Shown piece by piece: positions 36,345 through 46,041 of a stretch of 64,000 bases of DNA (position 1 is its first letter; the number at the start of each line of letters is the position of its first letter). The stretch is from a phage. Where the stretch lies: assembly GCA_038450185.1 (NCBI GenBank), contig GCA_038450185.1_4765.1; one strand, 5' to 3'. A program made the position numbers and the translations under genes. The notes beneath the pieces were generated by a model that ran no database searches, was not told where the DNA came from, and was given only the letters and a program-made list of their open reading frames with translations.

Positions 36345-37484
36345 ATGACACAAGAGATAGAATTACGCAACACTGGAATTACGTTTGCGCATTTCGACGA
36401 AGACTCTGCGACATTTACAAGCATTTCAGAAAACAACTCTGTAATGTATAAGCTGGAAGTGCGCGGATCTAATGCAGATTCTACCAAACCAGCAAGGATT
36501 AGATTTAATGGAGTGGAGATCGTTGGTACTGGCTATGAAAATGGCCTAAATTTTAAAGTTCTTACTCCAACTGGACAACTACACGAAGAAAAGGTATTCT
36601 ATGGTCGCGGTGCTGTTTTGGCAATGCGTGATTATCTTTCTTTGCTGAAAGGTGACTATATCATTGCGATGGCAACTCATGGAGAATTGTTTGCAGATCC
36701 GATAAGTGATGTTGTATTTTCTAAGATGGGATCTGTATCATTCCCGAATCACATTTTGTTACAGCAAATGCCTCGTGTATCCTATGCAGCAATTTATTCT
36801 ACTAAAATGGGTAAAATTGTGTGCGAAGGGATGCAAGCAACTAACGGGGAAGGACAAAATTCATCTATACAAATTGAGAAAGTCTATGATACTATAGATG
36901 ATCTTGCTATAACAGGAACACCACAACGATTTTTAGATTATCCGGTTGAGTATGTTAGCGAAGATGCCGAACATTTCGAGCTAATACAATGGCCTCATGA
37001 TGAGACCAGCGCCCCACTTGAGGATTTTAACATAAAGGCAGGTGACAAACTATCAATATCCTTTGAATTGTTCCGTGATAGTGCCGCAGCCGCAGCCAAC
37101 GTAACAGCGCGTTTCTATCACAACTACTTCACCGATGGACAATATAAAACTGGTGTTCGATACAATGCCAGCAAAAAAGACCAGTGGGAAAAGTTTGAAG
37201 CAGTCTATACCGTACCGGAAGGTGTCGATAGTGTAGTAACTGGTTGTATCAGATATCCAACCAACTCAAATGAAGGTATTGTTAAAATTAGAAACATACT
37301 AATAACGCCGATCAGTGGAGTCGTCAAAACTACTGGTCCGACTTCATTTGGTGTTAATGGTGTTAGAACAACTCATATTCAGGATAACGGTGATTTTACT
37401 AACCCTGTAATGAGTCTTCTTAAACTTCCTAGAGACAATAAACATATCACATCCAACAACTTTAAAGAGTTCGATGTTGATTAA
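36345..37484 (+). CDS. 35: long tail fibre hinge connector
   Basis: 379 aa (T4 gp35 about 372) between 34 and 36. Confidence 0.7.
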   Translation: MTQEIELRNTGITFAHFDEDSATFTSISENNSVMYKLEVRGSNADSTKPARIRFNGVEIVGTGYENGLNFKVLTPTGQLHEEKVFYGRGAVLAMRDYLSLLKGDYIIAMATHGELFADPISDVVFSKMGSVSFPNHILLQQMPRVSYAAIYSTKMGKIVCEGMQATNGEGQNSSIQIEKVYDTIDDLAITGTPQRFLDYPVEYVSEDAEHFELIQWPHDETSAPLEDFNIKAGDKLSISFELFRDSAAAAANVTARFYHNYFTDGQYKTGVRYNASKKDQWEKFEAVYTVPEGVDSVVTGCIRYPTNSNEGIVKIRNILITPISGVVKTTGPTSFGVNGVRTTHIQDNGDFTNPVMSLLKLPRDNKHITSNNFKEFDVD

Positions 37485-37498
37485 CATTTTTAACAAGC

Positions 37499-37524
37499 CG
37501 ATCCTCGTGGTCGGCTTTATTTTT
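37499..37524 (+). terminator. intrinsic terminator after gene 35
   Basis: AGCCGATC-loop-GGTCGGCT then TTTATTTTT. Confidence 0.55.
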
Positions 37525-37644
37525 ATACAGTTGGTTAAATTGTAACCAAAACGAAGAAAGATCTTTAGAATAATAAAAATTTGTTTCGGTTAAAAAGTAG
37601 TCAGTGCCTACGGCACGTCGCGAAGCGATATTTTGTTAACATTC

Positions 37645-37652
37645 TATAAATA
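37645..37652 (+). promoter_or_regulatory. T4-type late promoter TATAAATA
   Basis: Exact TATAAATA about 34 nt upstream of the gene 36 ATG. Confidence 0.65.
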
Positions 37653-37685
37653 CTCGGAACTATAACTAATTTTTGAGGTTACTTT

Positions 37686-39176
37686 ATGGCAGATTTGAAA
37701 TATGGATCTACTGTAGGTGGATCTCCCATTTGGACGCAAGGAAACTTGACGATCCAGCCAGCGGGGGATCAGCTTTTCTACAAAGGTCATAAAATCTATA
37801 CCGCTTTTGATAGACCTTCGGCTACCGATTTTGATGCTGTTAGTGCATCTGAAGGTGGCACATTTCAAAAGCAAGTTCATTTCGAGGAAGGTTTAAGCGT
37901 AGGTAGCGCATCGGCTGGAGAAACCAAAAAGAATGGTATCTTTAAAGGTCAGAGTGACGCTGCTAATTTTGACGGCGTAAGCTGGGGTTTGCATTCATGG
38001 AAGTCAATCGGCTTTGTTAATGCCCGTGATGGCGTTATTATGGCGTATATTGACACCACAACGGGCGAATTTAAGTCTAAAGGGACTATCGAAGGGACAA
38101 CCATTAAAGACACAGGTCAACGCGTCTATAGCCCTGTTAATAAACCAACGAATAATGATTTAGATTTGGTGTCTCGTCGCGGTGATACTCTCACAGGAAC
38201 ATATAATTTAAACACTGTCACTGTTAAACTATCGGTTGATTCGAAATTAATTGCAAGGGAACGTGATTTAATTAATTTTGATGCGACTAAGATCTATTAT
38301 GGTAACGTTCTTGATACGTTGGTCTTCCGAAGTAAAGATGAGCCTACCATTTTTGTTAATGGCATAGAAGGTCGTTTTTATCACACCAACAATAAACCAA
38401 CTAAAGCCGATGTTGGACTAGGCAATGTCACCAATGATGCACAGGTTAAACGTGCTGGTGATATTATGGAAGGTAACTTGCAAGCGCCTAGAATGTTGGC
38501 GACAAACGATCCTGCTGGTCCTAATGAATTGGTTCGTTTGAGCTACTTTGAGAGAAAATCAATGGTAGCAAATCCAACCATCATAGGAAACGTTGATTGG
38601 AACACTCTTATTAATCGCGGTATCTATCGTGTGGAAAATGCTGGGTCGGGTACTAATAAACCGTCTGATAGCTATTATAACGGCGTTTTGATGGTATATC
38701 GCCCAGAAGATGCGGTCGGTACTCGTCGAATTGTTCAGGTGTATTATCCTGAATCTATTGACCATCCGATGTGCTGGCGTTCGTGTTCTAATGAATCATG
38801 GACTGCATGGAACTATGTAGATCACCGTAAATTGGCTGATATTCGCTATGTTAACGTCACTGGCGATACCATGACAGGACCGTTAACTGTTCCTGCTGCA
38901 AATGGCGTTAGAACGGCTAGAGGTGCATATAATGGTGATAACTACTATGCTGGGTTAAATAGTGCTGATGGCACTGCTATGATTCACCGTATCAGCGATA
39001 TTAAAGCCACCGAAAAATTGGGTATTACTCACGATTCTAAAGCTGTTTTCATTAAAGCGCGTGGAAATACTCAAGACACAGACCGCTATGAACTTTACCA
39101 CGAAGGCCATAAACCGACACCCGCAGAGGTTGGCGCGGTTCCACTTAATGCGGTGATTGATTTTGGTACTTTCTAA
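37686..39176 (+). CDS. 36: long tail fibre distal hinge subunit, enlarged
   Basis: N-terminus MADLKYGSTVGGSPIWTQGN matches T4 gp36; 496 aa against about 221 in T4. Confidence 0.75.
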   Translation: MADLKYGSTVGGSPIWTQGNLTIQPAGDQLFYKGHKIYTAFDRPSATDFDAVSASEGGTFQKQVHFEEGLSVGSASAGETKKNGIFKGQSDAANFDGVSWGLHSWKSIGFVNARDGVIMAYIDTTTGEFKSKGTIEGTTIKDTGQRVYSPVNKPTNNDLDLVSRRGDTLTGTYNLNTVTVKLSVDSKLIARERDLINFDATKIYYGNVLDTLVFRSKDEPTIFVNGIEGRFYHTNNKPTKADVGLGNVTNDAQVKRAGDIMEGNLQAPRMLATNDPAGPNELVRLSYFERKSMVANPTIIGNVDWNTLINRGIYRVENAGSGTNKPSDSYYNGVLMVYRPEDAVGTRRIVQVYYPESIDHPMCWRSCSNESWTAWNYVDHRKLADIRYVNVTGDTMTGPLTVPAANGVRTARGAYNGDNYYAGLNSADGTAMIHRISDIKATEKLGITHDSKAVFIKARGNTQDTDRYELYHEGHKPTPAEVGAVPLNAVIDFGTF

Positions 39177-39182
39177 TTTTAG

Positions 39183-39205
39183 CGGGGAGATAATCCCCGC
39201 TTTTC
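39183..39205 (+). terminator. intrinsic terminator after gene 36
   Basis: GCGGGGA-loop-TCCCCGC then TTTTC. Confidence 0.5.
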
Positions 39206-39246
39206 TAAATAATATTATTCTAATAACCGTTTAAGGATTTTATAAA

Positions 39247-42162
39247 ATGGCAGATTTAAGCAGAATCCAATTTAAACGTACTAGCACTAAAGGCCGTCGA
39301 CCTGATGCTGGTACGATGAATCCGGGGGAATTGGCAATCAACCTTGCGGATCAATATCTTCTTACTAAAAATGATTCCGGTGCTATTATCAATTTAAGTT
39401 GTCCTCCGGTTTATGACAGCGATGTTACAATGGCGGGTAAGGTTAAAGGAAATAATTATATTTTAAGTAAAACCGCTAATTATTTTGAAGACCAAACCGC
39501 GCGAGATCTTAATTATTTTGGTGCGTTTCGACCGAATAATGCTGATGGTTGGTCTAACTTGATTCTGAACATTCCTCATCCCAGCGGTAAAGCACACGGT
39601 CGCGGGTTTGAATTTGAATATGGTTCTAGTTCCTCTCAGGTTAAAACCTATGGCTTTGATAAGGATGGTAACAAGAGATTCAGCTTTCGCATGTATCACG
39701 AAGGTGATAAACCTACTCCCTCAGAATTGAACGTCTATAGCAAACAAGAAATTGACCGTATGTTTGTTAAGAACGTTAAAATGGTTGTTCCTTCTGGTGG
39801 TGCAACCCGTGGTTATTTTAAAATTGCATCCGCAATGATCCCGCAGAGTGGTCGGATGGCGTTTCTGCGAATCTATGGTGGTAATGGATATAATGTAAAC
39901 TCATATGATCAAGTTGATTTTCTTGAAATTGTTATTCGTAGTGGTAATAATAACCCTAAAGGCGTTAGTATTGCTGCATATCGTCGAAATTCTTTGAACG
40001 TCCATGAAGTATTTGCAATTAATACTTCCGGTGATAACTATGACATTTATGTTAACTATGGTCGCTTCACCGATAACGTTATTGTAGAGTTTGGAAAAAC
40101 TGTTGATGTTGCATTGACTGTTCACGATGTTCCTGAATTTTCGGCGACTAAACCAGAAACCGGAACTAAATTTGATGCTCGTGTTATTACTATGTTCAAC
40201 ACCGAAAACAAAGCCGGAACGTTGATGTTTGATAATAACTCACAAACAACCTATGATATTGTTAGCCTTAATAACGTACCAGACAACAATAAAAAATATA
40301 TGCGTAAATTCCGCAGTCGTGCGGCGGAAACAATATGGCATGAAACTGTTCAAGGTGATGTTTATCGCCTAGCGACAGGGGCTACCGATCAGAAAGAAGT
40401 GTTAAAGATTGTAGGTAGTGATGGTTTATTTGTCAATAGACTTCATCTGCAAGGCAATAACGCGATTCGTATGTGGCGTCCTACTGGTTGTAGTAACTAT
40501 TTTGAATATATGGATCAGCGAGACGGGGCTAATAAACGTCAAGGCTGGTTTGGTTTTGGTTCTACAGAAACCAACGATTTTCAATGGTATAGTGACGAAG
40601 GTAAAAACTTTGTTAAGCTAGAAGCAAGTGGTCAAGTATCTTTAAGCGCAGGTGCAACCAAAATTGTATACACTAATGGTCAATATGTAGCTGCCAATTC
40701 TGATGCATACCGTATGATCTTTGGTAATTATGGTGCATTCTGGCGTAATGACGGCACTAAAGTTTATCTTATGTCTACTGCCGAAAATGATAGATTTGGT
40801 GGCTGGAATGCCTATCGTCCATTCATTTATGATTTAACTTCCGGTAACGTTCAATTAGGCGGTGATGGTAACGAAGATGCATTAACGTTAGAAAGTGCTT
40901 CTCGTGCCGCTCGCTTTAGTAATGACGTTTACATTAAGAAAGGGCTTTTGACTTTCGACGCTGGGCGATTAAATTCCCGCGATTACTTCCGGTTTAACCA
41001 TTGGGGCGATAGCAATAACGGTCGCGATAACATTTTACAGCTTGACGATAGCATAGGTCCACACTTCACCACTGAACGTACTTTAGCAACTGGTTCAATT
41101 AAAACTAAATTCTTCGGTAATTTGGAATCTGCTGGTCAAATTAAATGGGGTAAAGGGACCGCCACATCTACGTTTACTCTACGTGTATGGGGTAGCGATA
41201 GCCGTAAACAAATATTTGAATGCGGCGATGAAAGCGGGTGGCATTGGTATACCCAACGCGCGGGCGGTCCTGATACTTCTGCAATTGATTTTGCCATCAA
41301 TGGTACTGTTAGGCCTCAAGCAATTCACACTGGCGGTAATATCACTATCAACGGTGCTGATATTGAGTTTAAACGCACTGGCAATAAGCACATCTGGTTT
41401 AGAGATCCAAACGGCTTAGAGTTAGGTCTGTTGTACTGCGATGATGCTGGCGTTATGCGTATGCGCGGTAAGAAACAAACCGAAGTCTGGAAATTCGGCG
41501 GTAAGATGATTCAACTTGAAACTGGTACTGTAACCGGTGGCGGTAGTGGTCTGATTCGTGGTAGCGTTGCTGGTGGTAGTTGGACTAGCTGGCGCGATCG
41601 TGCTTCCGGTTTACAGGTCGACTGTCAACAATCAACCGTTTCCGCTCATAACGTATGGAAAGCAACCCATCAAGGTAAATATCATATAGCAGCAATGGGT
41701 GTACACGTTCCTAGTGGTACTATCGGAAATGCTATGGTGCGTATGCACGTACACGATGCAACTTTTGACTTTGGTGCGAGCGGTGACTTCCAGGCAAGCC
41801 GTAATGGTAATTTTAACGATGTTTATATTCGTTCTGATGCTCGCCTTAAAATCAATAAGGAAGAGTATAAGGAGAATGCCACCGATAAAGTTAATCGCTT
41901 GACGGTATACACCTATGACAAGGTTAAATCTTTAACCGACCGTACTGTCATTGCTCATGAAGTTGGTATTATTGCTCAGGATCTTGAAAAAGAATTGCCG
42001 GAAGCCGTAACAACTTCTAAGATCGGCGATCCAGATAATCCAGAAGAGATCTTAACAATTTCTAACTCCGCTGTCAACGCTCTTTTAATTAAGGCGTTTC
42101 AGGAAATGAGCGAAGAACTTAAAGCCGTTAAAGCTGAACTAGCGGAACTTAAAAAGAATTAA
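39247..42162 (+). CDS. 37: long tail fibre distal subunit with C-terminal intramolecular chaperone domain
   Basis: N-terminus MADLSRIQFKRTSTKGRRPDAG..GELAINL matches T4 gp37; C-terminal roughly 108 aa begin at an S-D-A-R-L-K motif. Confidence 0.85.
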   Translation: MADLSRIQFKRTSTKGRRPDAGTMNPGELAINLADQYLLTKNDSGAIINLSCPPVYDSDVTMAGKVKGNNYILSKTANYFEDQTARDLNYFGAFRPNNADGWSNLILNIPHPSGKAHGRGFEFEYGSSSSQVKTYGFDKDGNKRFSFRMYHEGDKPTPSELNVYSKQEIDRMFVKNVKMVVPSGGATRGYFKIASAMIPQSGRMAFLRIYGGNGYNVNSYDQVDFLEIVIRSGNNNPKGVSIAAYRRNSLNVHEVFAINTSGDNYDIYVNYGRFTDNVIVEFGKTVDVALTVHDVPEFSATKPETGTKFDARVITMFNTENKAGTLMFDNNSQTTYDIVSLNNVPDNNKKYMRKFRSRAAETIWHETVQGDVYRLATGATDQKEVLKIVGSDGLFVNRLHLQGNNAIRMWRPTGCSNYFEYMDQRDGANKRQGWFGFGSTETNDFQWYSDEGKNFVKLEASGQVSLSAGATKIVYTNGQYVAANSDAYRMIFGNYGAFWRNDGTKVYLMSTAENDRFGGWNAYRPFIYDLTSGNVQLGGDGNEDALTLESASRAARFSNDVYIKKGLLTFDAGRLNSRDYFRFNHWGDSNNGRDNILQLDDSIGPHFTTERTLATGSIKTKFFGNLESAGQIKWGKGTATSTFTLRVWGSDSRKQIFECGDESGWHWYTQRAGGPDTSAIDFAINGTVRPQAIHTGGNITINGADIEFKRTGNKHIWFRDPNGLELGLLYCDDAGVMRMRGKKQTEVWKFGGKMIQLETGTVTGGGSGLIRGSVAGGSWTSWRDRASGLQVDCQQSTVSAHNVWKATHQGKYHIAAMGVHVPSGTIGNAMVRMHVHDATFDFGASGDFQASRNGNFNDVYIRSDARLKINKEEYKENATDKVNRLTVYTYDKVKSLTDRTVIAHEVGIIAQDLEKELPEAVTTSKIGDPDNPEEILTISNSAVNALLIKAFQEMSEELKAVKAELAELKKN

Positions 42163-42204
42163 GGAAAAATCCCAGGGAAGGGAAACTATTAAGGAGAAAC
42201 GGCT

Positions 42205-42444
42205 ATGGTCTATAATATCGTCATTGGTGCTTTGTCTAGTTTCGGAATGAAACTATTATCAAAGTTAATTAGTGAAAAGATGCTCACTAAAATTTTCTTC
42301 TATTGCGCTCGTCGTCTTGCGGCTTATACCAATACGCCAATTGATGATCGTTTTGTGGAAGAACTTTATAAGGAGTTTAATAAAGATCAGTCAGAAGATA
42401 GTAACGAGCAAGATAAACCTAGTGATAGTCAACTACCTAAATAA
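42205..42444 (+). CDS. hypothetical small protein (79 aa) between gene 37 and holin
   Basis: Strong RBS AAGGAG; hydrophobic N-terminus and acidic C-terminus; no similarity recognised to gp38. Confidence 0.45.
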   Translation: MVYNIVIGALSSFGMKLLSKLISEKMLTKIFFYCARRLAAYTNTPIDDRFVEELYKEFNKDQSEDSNEQDKPSDSQLPK

Positions 42445-42477
42445 GAATACACTGTCATAGTTATCTTAGGGCATTAT

Positions 42478-43134
42478 ATGCAAGTTTCTGAAAAAGGGAA
42501 AGACTTTGCTATCTCAAATGTCCTGCGCGCTATTTTCACAACTAAAAGCACGGAGTTGCTCGTACTTCGTGTTTTTGCTGCCGTCGTGTTGTCCGTATTG
42601 GCATTTGTCGTTTATAGTAAAAACGAGTTATTTGCGCTTTATAAAGAGACTCGTTATGAGACTTATGCTCACATTCTCCAGGTAGAGAAAGACCGCAATT
42701 TTGATAATGCAGCACAGGAGCAGTTACAGATAGTTCATGTGTCGGCTGATGCCGATTTTTCTGCTGTTTTTAGCTTTCGTCCGAAAAACCTAAACTATTT
42801 TGTTGATTTGGTGGCATATGAAGGAAAGCTACCGCATACGATCGATGAAAAGAATTTAGGCGGATTCCCTATCAATAAAACGAGTGAAGAATATCGTAGG
42901 CATCTTTTAGGTAAATCATATTTTACCGATAAAGATTTCCAGTATATTCCATCGAGGGAGAAAAAATTAGAGAATATCGATATAGGGTTTATGTATTCTT
43001 GTCCTATATTCAATCTCGATAATGTCTATTCTGGTAGTATCGCCATTGCATGGAAGAATAAACCGGATATTGACATTGAGAATTTGGATACTCTTTGCAA
43101 TCAATCTGCCAGAATCCTCGGAAGGATTAGATAA
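42478..43134 (+). CDS. t: holin
   Basis: 218 aa, same length as T4 holin T; LEQLQIVHVSADADFSAVFSFRPKNLNYFVDLVAYEGKLP and C-terminal ARILGR match. Confidence 0.85.
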   Translation: MQVSEKGKDFAISNVLRAIFTTKSTELLVLRVFAAVVLSVLAFVVYSKNELFALYKETRYETYAHILQVEKDRNFDNAAQEQLQIVHVSADADFSAVFSFRPKNLNYFVDLVAYEGKLPHTIDEKNLGGFPINKTSEEYRRHLLGKSYFTDKDFQYIPSREKKLENIDIGFMYSCPIFNLDNVYSGSIAIAWKNKPDIDIENLDTLCNQSARILGRIR

Positions 43135-43141
43135 CTTAAAG

Positions 43142-43168
43142 GGGAAGCCTTTCGGCCTCCCCTTCTTT
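43142..43168. terminator. bidirectional intrinsic terminator
   Basis: GGGGAAGCC-TTTCG-GCCTCCCC hairpin flanked by A-run and T-run, between convergent genes. Confidence 0.6.
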
Positions 43169-43169
43169 T

Positions 43170-43418
43170 TTATTGGCGCATAGAAGCCCCTGAATCACAT
43201 TTTGACGCTGTATGATGAAAACAGGTAGCGTACCAGTCATCGGCTTGTTTGTCTTCGTCAGAAAACGCGTAATTTCGTTGTATGCCGTTTTCTACTTTGA
43301 CCAGCGCAATAGCTGTTTCTGGAAGATCAATCAATCGGACAAAATCGCCATCTTCCCATTCTACACGAGCAATATCATAACCCATCTCAAAGTATACAAT
43401 CGCTTGTCCTAATTTCAT
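43170..43418 (-). CDS. hypothetical protein (82 aa)
   Basis: ORF, 4-nt overlap with upstream gene. Confidence 0.4.
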   Translation of the reverse strand: MKLGQAIVYFEMGYDIARVEWEDGDFVRLIDLPETAIALVKVENGIQRNYAFSDEDKQADDWYATCFHHTASKCDSGASMRQ

Positions 43419-43747
43419 TCTGGAAACTTCCCGTAAATGTTCTCTGCCAACATACGCGCATCGCTAATGATATCTTTCATGCTATGACCGTAGTGTTCAG
43501 CCATTGAGTTGACACAATCAACAAAGAAATTATAACGGCGACGGTTTAAGATTTCTTCTCTGCTATAGTTTTCATATTTGACGGTCGAGTGTGCTTTCTC
43601 GATTGCCTTGATCGCTATATTGACTTCATTGATAATGGTTTTAGCATTGTATGCGCCACGACGGATCAGGATATTTGTCAATTCTCTTGCAATATCTTGC
43701 AATTCTTCATATTCATGTTCAAACATAATCAACCTCTCAAAATACAA
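43415..43747 (-). CDS. hypothetical protein (110 aa)
   Basis: ORF; start may be internal. Confidence 0.4.
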   Translation of the reverse strand: MYFERLIMFEHEYEELQDIARELTNILIRRGAYNAKTIINEVNIAIKAIEKAHSTVKYENYSREEILNRRRYNFFVDCVNSMAEHYGHSMKDIISDARMLAENIYGKFPE

Positions 43748-43750
43748 TCC

Positions 43751-44083
43751 TTACAGATGAAAACCTGTTACGATCACCGCATCGATCTTACCGCTAGGAA
43801 TAAACGGTTCGCCCTCTTTTATTTCAACTTTGAATTGATGCCATTTCGCTAATACTTCTTCCGGTACACCCAGCGATTCGGCGTCTGCTTTAGTTTCATC
43901 CATAATCCAACTAGGCTGCATGAGAGCATAGTTTACATAGTCCATTTCTGGGGTCATGTCATCAATGTTAATATATTTGCAGTTGACGCGTTTCAGAATT
44001 TCAAATTCTTTATTATCAACCTGTACCATGTATAATTCAGTAGTTTCTGGAATCAGTTCCCACACAATCAGTACATTTTTCAT
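43751..44083 (-). CDS. hypothetical protein (110 aa)
   Basis: ATG-initiated ORF. Confidence 0.4.
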   Translation of the reverse strand: MKNVLIVWELIPETTELYMVQVDNKEFEILKRVNCKYINIDDMTPEMDYVNYALMQPSWIMDETKADAESLGVPEEVLAKWHQFKVEIKEGEPFIPSGKIDAVIVTGFHL

Positions 44084-44091
44084 AGTTCACC

Positions 44092-44460
44092 TCACTTAAC
44101 AAAGATTTTCTTTAATGCTTTCAGGATCGTTGCTTCCGGCGCTTCTTCCGGTGGAGGAAGCAATTCTACCACTTCCTCTTCCAACTCGATATAGTCTACC
44201 AGATATTCTACATAGAATGCAAGTGCTTCCATGAAATTAGATGCTACATCCGATTCACCACAAGCGCCTACATGCATTGTATAAACATCACTGCGATCAA
44301 GTTTGTGGATGCTTCCCAGATAGTTTCGGTTATACCAGACTTCCCACACTTTCAGCTTTCCGGTTTTGGTTGCTGTTTTATAATCGGTTTCGTAATGATG
44401 CAATTGACGTTGCAAATCATTGATAATAACACATTTTTCGTAATTGTTTTGAATTTCCAT
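44092..44460 (-). CDS. hypothetical protein (122 aa)
   Basis: ATG-initiated ORF. Confidence 0.4.
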   Translation of the reverse strand: MEIQNNYEKCVIINDLQRQLHHYETDYKTATKTGKLKVWEVWYNRNYLGSIHKLDRSDVYTMHVGACGESDVASNFMEALAFYVEYLVDYIELEEEVVELLPPPEEAPEATILKALKKIFVK

Positions 44461-44470
44461 GATGTAATCC

Positions 44471-44662
44471 TCACTTATCGTTAAGAAGTTCTAAAACTTT
44501 CTGTCGTACTTTGTCAATATTAGTTGATTCAAAAACTGTACGGTATCCCCAGCTTTGACCGTATGAGCGGTTGCAATCTCCATATCCCCATTGTTCAACC
44601 TGATAGTATTCAAGGAATGGGTGCTGCCGAACTATGATACCATCGCGATTAAAAATTACCAT
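44471..44662 (-). CDS. hypothetical small protein (63 aa)
   Basis: ATG-initiated ORF. Confidence 0.35.
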   Translation of the reverse strand: MVIFNRDGIIVRQHPFLEYYQVEQWGYGDCNRSYGQSWGYRTVFESTNIDKVRQKVLELLNDK

Positions 44663-44685
44663 AATATAATCCTCACGTCAACAAC

Positions 44686-44973
44686 TTATTTTCGGTTGTG
44701 GTCACGATATGTTTTAAAATATCCCTCGTACCACGGTAAAACATCTGGATTTTTACCACTATACAGACCTTTAACCATCATGTCAATAAGACCGTCCGGT
44801 GTTTGATAATTACCAGCTTTTATAAGCTCTCTGATTAAAATTTCCCTGTATATGTCTTTCGGATCTTCGTAATCAACTTGTATCGTGGTTGTTGTCTCGC
44901 TTAATTTGGTTTCTGGAGTATCTTGCATCGCCTTCCACCAATCTTTTGTGATCTTCATGTTATTGAATTGCAT
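44686..44973 (-). CDS. hypothetical protein (95 aa)
   Basis: ATG-initiated ORF. Confidence 0.4.
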   Translation of the reverse strand: MQFNNMKITKDWWKAMQDTPETKLSETTTTIQVDYEDPKDIYREILIRELIKAGNYQTPDGLIDMMVKGLYSGKNPDVLPWYEGYFKTYRDHNRK

Positions 44974-44984
44974 AATTTAACCTA

Positions 44985-45743
44985 TTACTTGCAAACGTAT
45001 TGATCTACATCAATTGCGCCACCGAATGTAGGATGACGTTTTTCGAATCGAATAGTTCCGTCGTTTGGTTCGAAAACGGAGTATTCATATAGATCTTTCT
45101 TGCCAACATTCTTATAAAACCCGCCTTTAGTCATAACGGTTTCTTGTACGTTTGCTTTGTGTACGTTGTATTCATCAATGTATACAAAATCAACCATCTT
45201 CCCATTTTTAATTGTTACTTTAAGATCTCCTGGTTGGTTTCCATATTTGGCATACAGTGGCGCTTCTTTAATTTTTGTGGAAATTCCATCTTTCATACTC
45301 CACTCATAACGAACGGTGCATTGATAGGTAAAAGTTTCGACCTTCGGTTCTTCTACCACTTTTTCTTCCTGTTTCGGTTGTTCTTCTTCAACCTTCACAG
45401 AAGTCTCTGAATCGCTTTCTGACGCGGTTTCTTCTTTAGGTAATACATTCATCAAGTTTTGGATTTGAGCGTTGTATACAGCCTCCAGTGGCTGAATCTG
45501 CCCGATATTGATCATTGTATCACGAACAGTTTTATTCCAGTTGCGTTGCTCTTGTTTCAGAGACGGATCAATCTTAACAGCTTTAACATATACTTCATGA
45601 AGTTTCGAATCCAGTGCGGAGATTGACTCATTAACACAAATAAACTTCTCTGATTTGGTAGTAGCCTTAGTGCAATCAAAGGACGCAGCATTAGCACCTA
45701 AAGCAGTAGCAGAAAGAACGATAGCAGCGATAATGTTTTTCAT
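44985..45743 (-). CDS. secreted protein with LprI-like (DUF1311) N-terminal domain
   Basis: Signal peptide MKNIIAAIVLSATALGANA; then FDCTKATTKSEKFICVNESISALDSKLHEVY as in lysozyme-inhibitor LprI-type domains. Confidence 0.45.
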   Translation of the reverse strand: MKNIIAAIVLSATALGANAASFDCTKATTKSEKFICVNESISALDSKLHEVYVKAVKIDPSLKQEQRNWNKTVRDTMINIGQIQPLEAVYNAQIQNLMNVLPKEETASESDSETSVKVEEEQPKQEEKVVEEPKVETFTYQCTVRYEWSMKDGISTKIKEAPLYAKYGNQPGDLKVTIKNGKMVDFVYIDEYNVHKANVQETVMTKGGFYKNVGKKDLYEYSVFEPNDGTIRFEKRHPTFGGAIDVDQYVCK

Positions 45744-45813
45744 AATATATTCCTCAATGTTTTGTCTTGATGGGAGTATCTTACTACTCCCTTAATCCGG
45801 TGTCAACTACTTT

Positions 45814-45969
45814 TTAAATTTCTTCTACAGTAAAGTCTTCAATGTTGTTGTGCTCGGCGAACGTTGCCAGACCAGCATTCCATGCATCATCCTCAGAGAA
45901 GAATACACCGTAACGTTCATATCCTTTAGCGCCTTCAAATTTAACCATTAATTTGTGAGTATGTTTCAT
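45814..45969 (-). CDS. hypothetical small protein (51 aa from internal ATG)
   Basis: Track ORF start lies across the promoter; trimmed. Confidence 0.35.
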   Translation of the reverse strand: MKHTHKLMVKFEGAKGYERYGVFFSEDDAWNAGLATFAEHNNIEDFTVEEI

Positions 45970-46000
45970 TTTGATTCTCCTTCGTTGTCTTGATGAGTTC

Positions 46001-46029
46001 ATTATAGGGGATCGCAGATCCCCTGTCAA
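46001..46029 (-). promoter_or_regulatory. sigma70-type early promoter with GGGGATCGCAGATCCCC spacer
   Basis: -35 TTGACA, -10 TATAAT. Confidence 0.55.
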
Positions 46030-46041
46030 CTATTTTTTAAA

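Noticed and set aside
39241-39248. Late promoter upstream of gene 37 and of holin t
   Set aside because: Only imperfect matches (TATAAAAT, CTAAATAA) to the strict TATAAATA consensus; not called
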